Notes: generated from the sequence alone by a model not told the origin. 64,000 nt of DNA from Nanobdellati archaeon (GCA_019429005.1 JAHYJR010000001.1:104663-168662); one strand, 5' to 3'. Positions 37,786-49,394 are shown, numbered from the stretch's first letter. Translations and numbers: made by a program.

Positions 37786-38379
37786 ATGAATCGTTTAACA
37801 AGAGGTTATGGTTTTCTTGAAGTTTTTCTTGCAAAAAAGCGTGCAAGTATTGCTAATGATTTAATACCTGATAATATAAGATCTGGTTCGATATTAGATA
37901 TTGGTTGCGGATCTTATCCTTTTTTTTTAAATACTATTAAATTTAATAAGAAATATGGTATTGATAATAGTTTGAAAAAAGATGCTTTGAACACAAAAAA
38001 AATGTTTTTAAAAAAATATAATATTTTAAATAATAAATCGTTACCTTTTGAAGATAATTATTTTGACTGTATAACCTTACTCGCTGTAATTGAACATTTA
38101 GATAATAGTACTTTTTTAAATATTTTAAAAGAATGTAAACGTGTTTTGAAAAAAGACGGTCTTTTAATTATGACAACACCAACTTCTTATGGTCATATTC
38201 TTCTAAATATCATGGCAAAATGTTATTTAGTTTCAAAAGAAGAAATAAATGAACATAAATATGTTTTCACAAAAAACAAATTAGAGTCTTTTTTGATAAA
38301 ATCCGGTTTTGACAAAAACAATATAAATATAAATTATTTTGAATTTATGCTGAATTTTTCTATTTTAGTTAAAAAATGA
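37786..38379 (+). CDS. Class I SAM-dependent methyltransferase
   Basis: ILDIGCG and LPFEDNYFDCI..LAVIEH. Confidence 0.88.
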   Translation: MNRLTRGYGFLEVFLAKKRASIANDLIPDNIRSGSILDIGCGSYPFFLNTIKFNKKYGIDNSLKKDALNTKKMFLKKYNILNNKSLPFEDNYFDCITLLAVIEHLDNSTFLNILKECKRVLKKDGLLIMTTPTSYGHILLNIMAKCYLVSKEEINEHKYVFTKNKLESFLIKSGFDKNNININYFEFMLNFSILVKK

Positions 38380-38382
38380 TTT

Positions 38383-39810
38383 TTATTGTCTATATATGAT
38401 AAAAACCGTTTGATTCTTATTTTTTATTTCAGATATTTTTTGATATTTATTATTTATATTGTGATAATATTTTGAATTGAATGTATAATCTTTAGGTGGT
38501 CTAATTGAAGTGTTTTTTAGTTTTATTAGTTTGATATCTTTTCCAAGTATTTTCGGATAATCATAGGCGCCTATTGGTTCTCTTTCAAATTCGGAATAAA
38601 TTGAAAGTATTATATAGTCTGTATTTACTTTTTGATCCGTATTATTTGTTAGAATTGGTATCACATTATATCCTGTTATCATCTTTAGCATATCTGGCAT
38701 ATATTCGGATTGTATTATTGTATTATTATCGAATGTTTGTATCTCATTTGCAAGAATATCAATACCCCAATGTGTATTGTTATCAAGGGTACTAATAGCT
38801 ATTGTTTCTAATGACGTGAACATCATTAAAAGTATAAATAATATTTTTGAAATTTTAGGGGTTATTATTTTTATTTTATTATAACCAATTGTTGCTATTA
38901 TGGCATATATTCCAAAAAGTGGTGCTATAAATCGTACTTCTTTCCACCCTAGACTTGTGAATGCAAAAAGTATAGTTAAAAATGAAATTAATAAATACGT
39001 TTGTTCTTTCTTTTTTTCTTTCAATGTTTGGTATATTCCAATTATAAAAAACAAACTCCAAGGTATAATCGTAAGACGTATCATATAAAAAAGAATACTT
39101 ATGGTATGTGTTTTTGAGACTGTTGAAAATCCATTTAAATAATCCATACCTGTTGATCCTGAAAGAATCCACATTGTGGTAATTATTGTTAAAAAAAGTA
39201 TTATTGTAATAATTATCGGTATTATCATTGATTTTTTTGTAAACATTGATATTTTTTTTTGTGTTAATGCATATAAAAAATATATTGGTATTAGTATAAA
39301 TCCAGTTATTTTTGTTAATATTGAAACTAATGTAAATATACACGTTTTATAAAAATACGATTCTTTTATTTCAACTGTTTTAAAAAAATAAAGTAATGCT
39401 ATTGAACTAAAAGCTAATAAGGGTATATCAACAATAAGACGAGTACTATATCTCCAAAAATAAGGTATAGTTAATAATATTATTGAAGGTGTAAATCCAT
39501 CTTTAATAAGTGTTTTACCCAAAAAGAAAACAGCTATGACAGCAAATATTGAAAATATTAATGGGATAATAAACATTATTGTTAGCATTTTTATATTTAA
39601 TGCCAATAATATTGAAATAAAAAAAGGTATTATAGGACCCCGATGTATTATGCTGTATGGATAATCTAATGATAATATACTTTCTCCTGCAAAGAGATAA
39701 TCATAAGTGTCAGGATAAAAAGAATGTTGTGGATAAAGTATTATATATAAAATTATTGTAATTATAATCAATAAGATTAATTTTTTTTTATCATCATTAT
39801 ATTGTTTCAT
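38383..39810 (-). CDS. GT-C membrane glycosyltransferase
   Basis: YPDTYDY, HRGP, LIVDIP, LTK and KEVRF; multi-TM. Confidence 0.75.
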   Translation of the reverse strand: MKQYNDDKKKLILLIIITIILYIILYPQHSFYPDTYDYLFAGESILSLDYPYSIIHRGPIIPFFISILLALNIKMLTIMFIIPLIFSIFAVIAVFFLGKTLIKDGFTPSIILLTIPYFWRYSTRLIVDIPLLAFSSIALLYFFKTVEIKESYFYKTCIFTLVSILTKITGFILIPIYFLYALTQKKISMFTKKSMIIPIIITIILFLTIITTMWILSGSTGMDYLNGFSTVSKTHTISILFYMIRLTIIPWSLFFIIGIYQTLKEKKKEQTYLLISFLTILFAFTSLGWKEVRFIAPLFGIYAIIATIGYNKIKIITPKISKILFILLMMFTSLETIAISTLDNNTHWGIDILANEIQTFDNNTIIQSEYMPDMLKMITGYNVIPILTNNTDQKVNTDYIILSIYSEFEREPIGAYDYPKILGKDIKLIKLKNTSIRPPKDYTFNSKYYHNINNKYQKISEIKNKNQTVFIIYRQ

Positions 39811-39856
39811 TTTATCTTATAGATCATATAATTTTAAAATAGTTTCTATTATTGGA

Positions 39857-40804
39857 TTATAAACCTTTTGTTATTTTTATGTTTTCTTCTATCCTATCCA
39901 ATTTTTTTGTAAGATAATCTATCACAACACCTATAGAAAAGACCTGTACAGATATCAAAAGCAATAACGTAGTCAATAATGGATAATATCCATGAATTGC
40001 AGGGATACTATAAACATACCATTTTATAGTTTCGATTATTGAAATACTACCAAAATAAAACGCAATAATTGTTAACATAATACTAGGAATCATAATCGCT
40101 TTAGAGATAATTGATGTCTCCTTTATACCAATTGAAATCAAAGCTTTAAACATCTTAAACCCATCAACAACCGGATTTAATTTAGATGTACCCAATCGTT
40201 CTCTATATTCAATAGGTATTTCAACAATATTATATCCGTATTTTGCTGATCGTACTGTCATCTTTGTTTCAAACTCAAGGCTTTTTGCTTTAACATCAAG
40301 TTTATCAAACATATCTTTTCTAAATGCTCTGTATCCTGTTTGACCATCTGTTATGTTTACACAACTTATGTATGTTGTAAGAAATGAAAAGAGTGTATTT
40401 CCTACACGATTAAATAACGGCATGTTATTTATACCATTTAAAAATCTTGAACCTAGTACAAGGTCAGCACCATTGTCAAGTTCTTTAATAAAATTAGTTA
40501 TATATCTTGCAGGGTATGTATAATCCGCGTCAGTAAGGATTATGTAGTCACCTGTTGCGGCATTGATACCTGTTCGAATTCCACCAACTTTACCCTGATT
40601 GATTTTATGTTTAATTACTTTGATATTTTTATGTTCTTTTGATAATTTTAATGATCTTGGATATGTTTTATCGCTTGACCCATCATCAACAATGATTATT
40701 TCAATTGAATCTTTAAACTGTTCAAGTATCTCATTTACAACAGGTTCTATAGCTTCTTCTTCATTGTATGCAGGAATAATTATTGATGCTTTCATAGGTA
40801 TCAT
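39857..40804 (-). CDS. GT2 glycosyltransferase (Dol-P-sugar synthase-like)
   Basis: IIPAYNEE, VDDGSSD, TDADYTY, DGQTGYR and C-terminal TMs. Confidence 0.88.
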   Translation of the reverse strand: MIPMKASIIIPAYNEEEAIEPVVNEILEQFKDSIEIIIVDDGSSDKTYPRSLKLSKEHKNIKVIKHKINQGKVGGIRTGINAATGDYIILTDADYTYPARYITNFIKELDNGADLVLGSRFLNGINNMPLFNRVGNTLFSFLTTYISCVNITDGQTGYRAFRKDMFDKLDVKAKSLEFETKMTVRSAKYGYNIVEIPIEYRERLGTSKLNPVVDGFKMFKALISIGIKETSIISKAIMIPSIMLTIIAFYFGSISIIETIKWYVYSIPAIHGYYPLLTTLLLLISVQVFSIGVVIDYLTKKLDRIEENIKITKGL

Positions 40805-40845
40805 CTAAATCTTATTTTCTTTTTTTTGTTTATATGCATTACGTT

Positions 40846-41787
40846 TTATTTAAGATTTTCAAAATATTCAATAGTTTTTTTAAGACCAATATTTAATTCA
40901 ATTTTTGGTTCCCAACCCAATAATGCTTTAGCTTTTGTTATATCTGGTTTTCTTCGTGTTGGGTCATCTTCAGGTATTTCTTTAAAGATAATATTGGATT
41001 TAGATCCAATTATTTCTTTAATTTTTTCAGCCGTTTCAAGTATTGTATATTCATCAGGATTTCCAAGATTAACAACTTCTGCAGAAACGTCCGAAAACAT
41101 AAGTTTCATCAAGCCATCTACAAGGTCATCAACATAACAGAAACTTCTAGTCTGTGAACCAGAACCATATACAGTTAAATCTTCATTTTCTAATGCTTGG
41201 TTTATGAAATTTGGCATTACACGTCCATCATTTGCACGCATCCTAGGTCCGTATGTATTAAATATTCTCGCAAGCACAACATTTAAATTATATTCTCGGT
41301 GATATGCCATAGTGATTGCTTCAGCGAACCGTTTTGCTTCGTCATAACAACTTCTAGGACCTATTGGATTAACATTACCGAAATATGTCTCTTTTTGAGG
41401 ATGTTCTAAAGGGTCTCCGTATGTTTCAGAAGTTGATGCAAGTAAAAATCGTGCATTATTATTTTTTGCAATTTCAAGAATATTTTTTGTTCCGATAGAA
41501 CCTGTAAGTAATGTCTCAATAGGTATGTTTTGATAATCAATTGGTGATGCGGGAGATGCAAGGTGGAATATGTAATCAATATCTTCAAGTTCTAGGGGGT
41601 CCTGCACATCATGAATTATATTTTTAAAATTAGGATTATCTTTGTGTTGCGTTAAATTTTGTTTTGAACCTGTAATCAAATTATCTATAGATATAACTTC
41701 ATAATTCAGTTCTAATAGTTTATCAACAAGGTGGGACCCAATAAAACCCGAACCACCTGTAACAATAATTCTTTCCATTTTAATCAC
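40846..41787 (-). CDS. uxs: UDP-glucuronate decarboxylase (UDP-xylose synthase)
   Basis: TGGSGFIG, HLASPASP, ASTSETYGDP, GPRSCYDEAKR and DDPTRRKPDI. Confidence 0.9.
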   Translation of the reverse strand: MIKMERIIVTGGSGFIGSHLVDKLLELNYEVISIDNLITGSKQNLTQHKDNPNFKNIIHDVQDPLELEDIDYIFHLASPASPIDYQNIPIETLLTGSIGTKNILEIAKNNNARFLLASTSETYGDPLEHPQKETYFGNVNPIGPRSCYDEAKRFAEAITMAYHREYNLNVVLARIFNTYGPRMRANDGRVMPNFINQALENEDLTVYGSGSQTRSFCYVDDLVDGLMKLMFSDVSAEVVNLGNPDEYTILETAEKIKEIIGSKSNIIFKEIPEDDPTRRKPDITKAKALLGWEPKIELNIGLKKTIEYFENLK

Positions 41788-42614
41788 TTATTTATCTTTT
41801 CAGCAACAGAATTCCATTCTTCTGCTAATTTTGTTATATCCTCTTGAGTCTTATCTTTAAAAAATGCCCATTGTGCTTGAAGATATGTTGCGGGTGAACC
41901 AATATCAAGCCAAGTTCCCGTATGTTTTAGGCCTATAATCTGTTCACCATTATCAATTCCAACCTGCATAGCGTCTGTTAGCTGGACCTCATTATTTCGT
42001 CCTTTAGGTGTTTTTTCAATATATTCAAAGATTTTTTGATCAAGACAGTATATGCCGATTGATGCAAAATATTTTCCATTAAATTCAAATGGTTTTTGTT
42101 CTGTCTCAGTTTGAGGTTTTTCAAATATGTCTGTAACTAGATGTAGGTTGTCTTTAATTTCTTTTAATTTAACAACACCCCATAGTTTAGGATCTTCAAC
42201 TTCGTGTAAAAGTATTGTTGCAAGTGGTCGTTCACTTTTATGGATTTTTATCATATTTTTAAGAATCTGTTTAGGTTCTATTACTGTATCTCCAAGTATA
42301 ACCATAAGTCCGAGCGTAGGGTCTCTAATCTTATTTTTACAGCAAAGAATTGCATGTCCAAGACCGCCCATTTCTGTTTGATATACAAAGTCAATATCTA
42401 TATTATGTAAATGACCATCTTTTACAAAATCCATAAGTGTTCCTTTCTTATGTCCTGTGATAATCAAACTCCTATCAATTCCACAAGCATTCATAGATTC
42501 TAATCCATGTTCAATAAGTGTTTTAGAACCACACATAAGAAGTTCTTTTGGTATTGCATCTGTAATAGGCCGTAGTCTTGTACCTTTTCCAGCCGCAGGG
42601 ATAATTCCTATCAT
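41784..42614 (-). CDS. Sugar-1-phosphate nucleotidyltransferase (RmlA/GalU/AglF-like)
   Basis: IPAAGKGTRLRP..PKEL, GLGHA, EKP, EVQLTDA and WLDIG. Confidence 0.9.
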   Translation of the reverse strand: MIGIIPAAGKGTRLRPITDAIPKELLMCGSKTLIEHGLESMNACGIDRSLIITGHKKGTLMDFVKDGHLHNIDIDFVYQTEMGGLGHAILCCKNKIRDPTLGLMVILGDTVIEPKQILKNMIKIHKSERPLATILLHEVEDPKLWGVVKLKEIKDNLHLVTDIFEKPQTETEQKPFEFNGKYFASIGIYCLDQKIFEYIEKTPKGRNNEVQLTDAMQVGIDNGEQIIGLKHTGTWLDIGSPATYLQAQWAFFKDKTQEDITKLAEEWNSVAEKINK

Positions 42615-42619
42615 AATAA

Positions 42620-44378
42620 TCAGATATTTTTATATTTAATTTGATATACAATAACATTATTGTATTTTATAATTTTATAAAACTTGGTTGTATTGTATTG
42701 TTTTAAAATAGTATCTAATTCTTTTTCTGAAAATTGTTTAATCATAGGTGTTTCAATAAAATAAATATTTTTTGGGTTTTGTATATTGTTACAATTATAT
42801 TTGTATAATATGCCTTTTGTATTGTAATAATTATCAAGATAATAATCATAAGGTGGTGTGTTGGTTCCATTTAAAAGAACAATACACGTTTGATTATTAA
42901 TATTCTGTATTAAATAATTTGAAACAGATCTTGTATCTCCACAGTTGCCATTATTTAGAGATGGTGTGTTATATGCATTATCGGTATAATATTGATAACC
43001 ATAAATTGTAAAAAAAACAATAATTGAAATATATAATATATTATAATATTTTTTGTTGATTTGTTTTATTATTGAATATATACTATAAGAGATTCCTGTA
43101 AATATTAGTGGTAATATATATATAAGTTCTTTCAAATGGTTGAACTTTTTGTATTATATTAAGAGATACTAGTATTATTGGGAACAGTATAAAAAAAGTT
43201 TTCCAGATGTCCGTTTTCTTTAGGTATATTAATATTGCACCAAGAACATAAAGAAAAATCCATAAACTATAATGTAGTGGCAAACCAAAGAAAATATACG
43301 AACTTAAATGTTCAACAAATAATATTGACTCTGAAAAAGTCCATATAAATGTCCCTTTAGAAATTTTAGTAAGACTTTCAAGTCCAGAAACAATAATTAC
43401 TGGAGAATATAATACAAATGTAGTGATTATTGTTGAACTCAAATAAATGATAAAACCATAAAGAATTTCTTTATTATTTGAGATTTTATCTTTAATTATA
43501 TATAGGATAAAAAACGAAATCACAATAAAAAAATGTAGCATTGAAGGTATTGTGTATAATGCTAGGCTCATAATGAAACCTAATGTTAACCAATATATGT
43601 TTTTGTTTGTTTTTAGTGCATAATGTGTTAATATTAATGATAATATACAAAAAGTGATAATCATACTATATCCACGTCCATCTGTGGAATATTGTATGTG
43701 AGGTTCTGATATTGACATAATTGTTGCCGTGAGTAATCCAACATCTTTGTTAAAAATAATTCGTGCAAAGATGTAACTCAATATTATCGATATTAGTCCA
43801 AATAAGAATGCAGGTAAACGTATAGCCATTTCAGAATTTCCAAATATATCTGTTGTGGTTTTAACAAAGATTGTATGTAATAAATGATTGTTTGGAACAT
43901 TATAAACCGATTGCGAAATGTATATTGGTTGCGATGCATATCTATTATATGAATATGCTTCATCAGTTCTTATAGGGTCATTAAGATGTGATATACGGAA
44001 TGTTATCGCAATAAATAGTATTATAAATAAAATAAACATATGTTTTTTTTCATTTTTAATTTTGTTTAATATTTTTTTAATTTGTTTTTTCGTAAATATC
44101 TCTATAAATTCCTTTTTGAGTCTGTTAAGATTTTGTTCAACCCATTTGTTTTTAATAAATAATAACAAACTTACCAATATTGTTAGTCCAGAATATATTT
44201 TTAATTTAGTTTGAATATTTTCAAAACGTTCAAGTGTACACCAACTATGTGTTTCATTTACAGAACCCGTTTGGCATTTATTTTGTATTGTTATCGGGTT
44301 TAATATAATTGATGCAATTAAGAACGAGATACTTGATATAATGAAAAAAAGGATAATATATAATGTTATTTTTTTCAT
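42620..44378 (-). pseudogene. GT-C membrane glycosyltransferase split by a frameshift in an (AT)n run (ORFs 43083-44378 and 42620-43135)
   Basis: Upstream ORF has DEAYSY, NNHLLH and RLPA..GRGY. Adding one dinucleotide at 43114-43124 joins PFERTYIY to ILPLIFTG of the downstream ORF. Confidence 0.75.
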
Positions 44379-44503
44379 AAGTATTATTTTATTTATTATT
44401 TTATAAATTTTATTATTTAAATTAGTAATAATATAAGTTATATTTTTAATTTATATTTAAATTATTTATTTTTATAATTTTTTTAACAGTTGTATTAATG
44501 GGT

Positions 44504-44569
44504 TCAAAACAGTTTTTGAATCATATTTAATCCTATAAAATCTGCACCACCTGTTACAAGATATTTCAT
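44504..44569 (-). pseudogene. Remnant 5' end of an NAD-dependent epimerase/dehydratase gene
   Basis: MKYLVTGGADFIGLNMIQKLF*, a decayed TGGAGFIG Rossmann motif starting 10 bp after the upstream stop. Confidence 0.7.
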
Positions 44570-44579
44570 AAGTACCAAA

Positions 44580-45593
44580 TCATATAATTATCAAACCAAT
44601 AATTCCAATAATAATTTCAAACCCAATTAATATAAGCACAATCTGTTTCTCACTAAATCGTCCAAGATGCATCACAACATGTGTAAGGGAATAATTTTTA
44701 TCATATTTGCATTTTAAGGTTCCATCTTTTTGCAGGCCCCCAAAGTTCTCAGCACTAAAACCTGTTCTTGCTTTTAGTATCAGTTCAATAAACCATGGTA
44801 TAAATAGAAATACTGCAAATTTTTCTATATTTCCAACGATTGCAGTTATTGCCGCAACGGCACCTATTGTGTATGCTAAGCTATCACCAGGCATAATCTT
44901 TGCAGGATACCAGTTCCACAACAAGAACGCGAGCAATGCCCCAACAAAGATCATAGATATTGCTGCTGCAAGAGAGGCTCCATGGAGATATGCATAAACT
45001 CCAAGAAATGATAATAAAACGGTACCTAATCCAGCTTCAAGTCCATTCATACCAGCAAGCATGTTTGTAGCATTAGACGCTCCAAAGATTCCAAGCGGTA
45101 TTAAGATTAAAGGATATATTAAACCGAAGTTTACAGAACCGATAAATGGTAACACCATTGTAGATGTTCCCGAATTGAGTACAACAAGAGGTATTGCGGC
45201 AGCAAGTGGCATGATAAATTTATGTCTTTGTTTAAACCCAACTCTTTTGAATGATTTATCATCTTGTTTTATGTTCCGTCCAAGAAGTGTAGATATATCA
45301 TCAAGCATACCGATTAATGTGATAATCATTATTGTCAGTATCGCACCAAGAAGTTCGGCTTTTAACGCATTTCCAGATGTTGTCAAAAATGTTATAAAAG
45401 CGACATACAACAATCCGCCTGCAAGAAAACCTATAAGTACAGGGAGACCACCCATTTCAGCAAGAGTTGGCTTATCTTTTTTCTGTATGTCTATGCCTGT
45501 AATTCCAACATTTTTTAAGAACCATATTGTTTTTGGTAAAATTAAGACTGTTGTAATAAATGCCAATAAGAATGCTGAAATAAAATATATCAT
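44580..45593 (-). CDS. aglH: UDP-GlcNAc:dolichol-phosphate GlcNAc-1-P transferase (AglH/Alg7, MraY-like)
   Basis: EMGG, GMLDD, NATNMLAGMNGLE and NWYPAKIMPGD. Confidence 0.82.
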   Translation of the reverse strand: MIYFISAFLLAFITTVLILPKTIWFLKNVGITGIDIQKKDKPTLAEMGGLPVLIGFLAGGLLYVAFITFLTTSGNALKAELLGAILTIMIITLIGMLDDISTLLGRNIKQDDKSFKRVGFKQRHKFIMPLAAAIPLVVLNSGTSTMVLPFIGSVNFGLIYPLILIPLGIFGASNATNMLAGMNGLEAGLGTVLLSFLGVYAYLHGASLAAAISMIFVGALLAFLLWNWYPAKIMPGDSLAYTIGAVAAITAIVGNIEKFAVFLFIPWFIELILKARTGFSAENFGGLQKDGTLKCKYDKNYSLTHVVMHLGRFSEKQIVLILIGFEIIIGIIGLIII

Positions 45594-45599
45594 GATAAA

Positions 45600-47831
45600 T
45601 CAACTTGAACTTACTTCGAGTGATTCAATGTTTTCAGTTGGAGTTATGCTTAATTCACCAAATCCTCGATTAAAATCAACTTTAAATATTTTAATTTCCG
45701 TATTATCATAGACTTTCTCAAGGAATGGTATTCCTGCACCATCAAACAAGTATAATTTTGCAAAGTTTGATATTCCTGCTTCTTTGTTTGGGTATGGCAT
45801 ATATATCCCAAATTTCGAAAGCACAATACATGCATCAAATGTTGGTTCAGGTGCACCAAGATCCAGAAGTCCTTGTGCTGTACATAAGTATTTTAAGTTA
45901 ACATCTCCATTAGCGGTTGAAAATACAATATTTCCTGAAAGTTCACCGTCTGTTCCTATTGGGATATAAAATGCATTGGATCCTATTGCAAATACTAGTA
46001 TTGTCTTATTACCTTGTTTTAATTGATTGACGGGTTGTCCAAGGGGTATAAAACTATCAACAAATTTAGCATCGTTTGCAATTTTACTCATAGCAGCATA
46101 CTTTCCAATTAAGGTATAATCGACAACAACATAATCAACAGAATTATTTTTGATTGTATCTTCAAGCTGGCTTATATTGGTGTATGTAAAGGCTTGACCT
46201 AACATTTCATTCATACCACCCATTTGATTACCACCATCACCCATTGAAGTTCGTTCACCTGCAGTCTGGAACCAGTACCCATAATCCCACCACGACATAA
46301 TGACTGAATCTGTTGGTGTATCTGTTTTAAGGAATTTCATAGCATTTTGCCAATTTGTATTAAGTCCAGGACCTGAAGACTTCATAACTGCAAGACCTGA
46401 TGCTAAATTAGAAAATAGTATAAGGAATATTGCAATTGCGGAAACAATTGAATATACATTAATCTTTTCTTCAATTGATTTTGCATTTTTCATAATCTCA
46501 AGATTCATAAGTATATCAATTATTTTTGAAATGAAATAGCCTCCAAGAAGTGCTGCAGGAAATCCAACTAAAAATATTAATCTAACAGATCTTAATGCAC
46601 CAAGGTATGAACTTGCAAGCCATATTATTGGAAGTAAATAAATCCACTTTTTCTTTTTTATTATTTCGTATGACGAATATAAGAAACCAAATATTGTAAA
46701 TATCCAAAGTGAGGTATATTTTAATATAGGGGCAAGTGAAGGGTATAGATTTCCAGCATAAAGTGCACTTAATTGGCCTGTAACTCCATTCCAATTTGTA
46801 GGGTTATTTTCCGCAACTGTTGATCCTACAGTTCCGTGACTAAAATGTACAAGGGAACTTATTGTAAGGAAGAGTCTTGCAATAGTTTGTGAAAATAAGG
46901 ATAAGAATAGACCAATTAAAAATAATACAATTATTGTGACAGGTACCACATATTTTAAGTTTTCAGGTTTTATTAAGTTCATCTTTTCTGAAAAATGTCT
47001 TATTGTAATTATAATAAACACAGTTAATGTAATTAGACCATAATTATCAAATAATTTTACTGCAGATGTTGTTGAAAATAGTGTAGGTATTATAAGTGGT
47101 ATTAATGTTGTAAATACGTATGTGCGATATAATGATTTTTCTTGTTTATTTAAAAAATATATAATTAATGTAAATGCTGGTATTAACAAAAAGAGAAATG
47201 TTGCACCACCCCAAACCATATTCATAACTGTGAGCGATAATCCTGCATTAATAGCAGATATTTTTGAGTCTTTTTTAATTGCTCTTACAAAAAAATAAAG
47301 AGCCAAAAGCATGAAAAGACCACCAATTGGTTCTTTTTCAACTACACTTGCAGAAGTTCTATGAAGTGTTCCAGGTGTTACAGCAATAAAGAATGCTGCT
47401 AATAGTCCTGCCTTTTTACCGTATAATTCTTTTCCTAAGAAAAACATAGCTAGTGCAAAAAGTCCACCAAATAAGGCAGGGAAATATAACATTGCTTGAT
47501 AATATGTCATTGGTATTATAGTATTTAGTACTTTATAGAATATTCCTGGTGTATAAAGCATCATTGGAAACTCTGAATGAGGATCCCAACCATAGGGATA
47601 ATATCGCATTGTATCATTATCTGGAAGATGAAAATCGTTATTCATTGTAGTTTCAGCCATTCTGTAATGATAAAATGGGTCTAGATTAAGTAGGCAGACA
47701 ACACCGTCAACACAGTTTTCAAGAGATGCTGCAGGCTGCATTCTTATGTAAAATCCTAAAATAATTATTAATATAAGCGGTATTACATACCAGAATTCTT
47801 TTAGCTGTTTTTTAACTTTTTTATTATTCAT
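45600..47831 (-). CDS. aglB: Oligosaccharyltransferase AglB (STT3)
   Basis: DPFYHYR, EKE, TVAEN, SWWDYGYW, DGG and D..LIGK. Confidence 0.95.
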   Translation of the reverse strand: MNNKKVKKQLKEFWYVIPLILIIILGFYIRMQPAASLENCVDGVVCLLNLDPFYHYRMAETTMNNDFHLPDNDTMRYYPYGWDPHSEFPMMLYTPGIFYKVLNTIIPMTYYQAMLYFPALFGGLFALAMFFLGKELYGKKAGLLAAFFIAVTPGTLHRTSASVVEKEPIGGLFMLLALYFFVRAIKKDSKISAINAGLSLTVMNMVWGGATFLFLLIPAFTLIIYFLNKQEKSLYRTYVFTTLIPLIIPTLFSTTSAVKLFDNYGLITLTVFIIITIRHFSEKMNLIKPENLKYVVPVTIIVLFLIGLFLSLFSQTIARLFLTISSLVHFSHGTVGSTVAENNPTNWNGVTGQLSALYAGNLYPSLAPILKYTSLWIFTIFGFLYSSYEIIKKKKWIYLLPIIWLASSYLGALRSVRLIFLVGFPAALLGGYFISKIIDILMNLEIMKNAKSIEEKINVYSIVSAIAIFLILFSNLASGLAVMKSSGPGLNTNWQNAMKFLKTDTPTDSVIMSWWDYGYWFQTAGERTSMGDGGNQMGGMNEMLGQAFTYTNISQLEDTIKNNSVDYVVVDYTLIGKYAAMSKIANDAKFVDSFIPLGQPVNQLKQGNKTILVFAIGSNAFYIPIGTDGELSGNIVFSTANGDVNLKYLCTAQGLLDLGAPEPTFDACIVLSKFGIYMPYPNKEAGISNFAKLYLFDGAGIPFLEKVYDNTEIKIFKVDFNRGFGELSITPTENIESLEVSSS

Positions 47832-47893
47832 ACGAATCCTTTATACGGATTATATAGTGAGATTTATATGTTTTTGTTTTTGAATAATTATTT

Positions 47894-49309
47894 ATGAAAA
47901 TATCCAAAAATCTTGTTAATTTTTTAATACTTATTTTATTATACATTACAATTTATATATGGATTTTTCCGGAAGACGCATATTATCCAGATATGGGATC
48001 CTATATTTCCTTAGCATATGATTTATCACAAGGTGGATATGGGGCAGGTCTTTTTTTTAGAGGTATAACAATACCATTATTAATTTATATTGGTATACAA
48101 ATCGGTTTATCATTAACATCTATATTATATATTTATCCTTTTTTATTTGGACTTCTTTTGATTATTTCAACATATTATATGTCCGATATTTTTTCAAAAT
48201 ATAAAACAATACCTGTTTTAGTTTTATTATCAACATTTTCTTTTTGGCAATGGACACCCTTTTTACTTGCAGACATTTTATTTGCTGCATTTTTTACATT
48301 TTCGCTGTATTTCTTTTATCGTTTTGTAAGTAATTCAACTCATTATGTTTATTTTTGTTTATTTTTTACATTACTTTCAGTTTTAACCAAAGTTACGGCA
48401 TGGGTATTGTTTCCAATATATATCACATACCTTATTTATTCACGAAATTTGAGCCTAATTAAAAATAAAGACGTGATACTAAGTTTAATTTTATTTAGTT
48501 TTTTAATTTCATCAATATTTCTTTATTTTAGTTCATTATATGGTGGTTTGGGTTTAACGTCATCAATACCAACAAAAGCATTTTATAAAGATATTAGTTA
48601 TTATATTTTTAATTTTTTACTTATACCGTGGACATATATTTTTGTTTATGGGTTATTTAAATTAGGCAAAAAAATAGATAATAAAACAGCATTTATATTA
48701 ATTTCATTTATAATACCCTTTGTCTTTTTACATCTGATAAATGAGAAAATTATACGTTATATTTTATTTATTTTTCCTGTATTTGCTATTTTTATTGAGA
48801 TGTCGTTTAGAAAAATTGCATTGAACAAACGCAAAATAATATTTTATGTCTTTTTAATTTTTGCAATGTTACAAGTCTTCATGATATCAATACCAATTCA
48901 GGATATTTATGGTGGTGCAGGACAACTTACAGATTCGTTAAAAAAGACTGAAAGTATTATTGCAACAAACTCTGTGATGGTGTATGATCAATCTTTTTCA
49001 GGACGGCTTGTGTCTTTACCGATTAATGGATTAAATTCAGAATGGATTGAAAATAATAATATTAGTTATGTTGTATTGTCTTTAACAGACGAAATTACAC
49101 AGAATCCAGATATAACTTATTATAAACCAAAAATAGGACCTTTTGATATTTCGCTTTTATTAGATAATCGTCCAAAATTTGTAATGAGTTGGTGGGTTGA
49201 TTATCCTTTTAATTCAGAGAATTATCTTTTTATGGATAATAATTATTTGATCTCTGACATAATTAAGAAAAATAATAAGACTATTTTTTTAATTTATAAA
49301 ATCTCTTAA
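47894..49309 (+). CDS. GT-C membrane glycosyltransferase
   Basis: YPDMGSY, FRG, LLADI, LTK and KIIRY; paralog of 38383-39810. Confidence 0.75.
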   Translation: MKISKNLVNFLILILLYITIYIWIFPEDAYYPDMGSYISLAYDLSQGGYGAGLFFRGITIPLLIYIGIQIGLSLTSILYIYPFLFGLLLIISTYYMSDIFSKYKTIPVLVLLSTFSFWQWTPFLLADILFAAFFTFSLYFFYRFVSNSTHYVYFCLFFTLLSVLTKVTAWVLFPIYITYLIYSRNLSLIKNKDVILSLILFSFLISSIFLYFSSLYGGLGLTSSIPTKAFYKDISYYIFNFLLIPWTYIFVYGLFKLGKKIDNKTAFILISFIIPFVFLHLINEKIIRYILFIFPVFAIFIEMSFRKIALNKRKIIFYVFLIFAMLQVFMISIPIQDIYGGAGQLTDSLKKTESIIATNSVMVYDQSFSGRLVSLPINGLNSEWIENNNISYVVLSLTDEITQNPDITYYKPKIGPFDISLLLDNRPKFVMSWWVDYPFNSENYLFMDNNYLISDIIKKNNKTIFLIYKIS

Positions 49310-49394
49310 TATTGTTATTTAACCTAAAAGTAATTACAATATTTAACAATATTATTATAGATAACTAAAAGGTTTTTTATTTTTTTAATAACAA

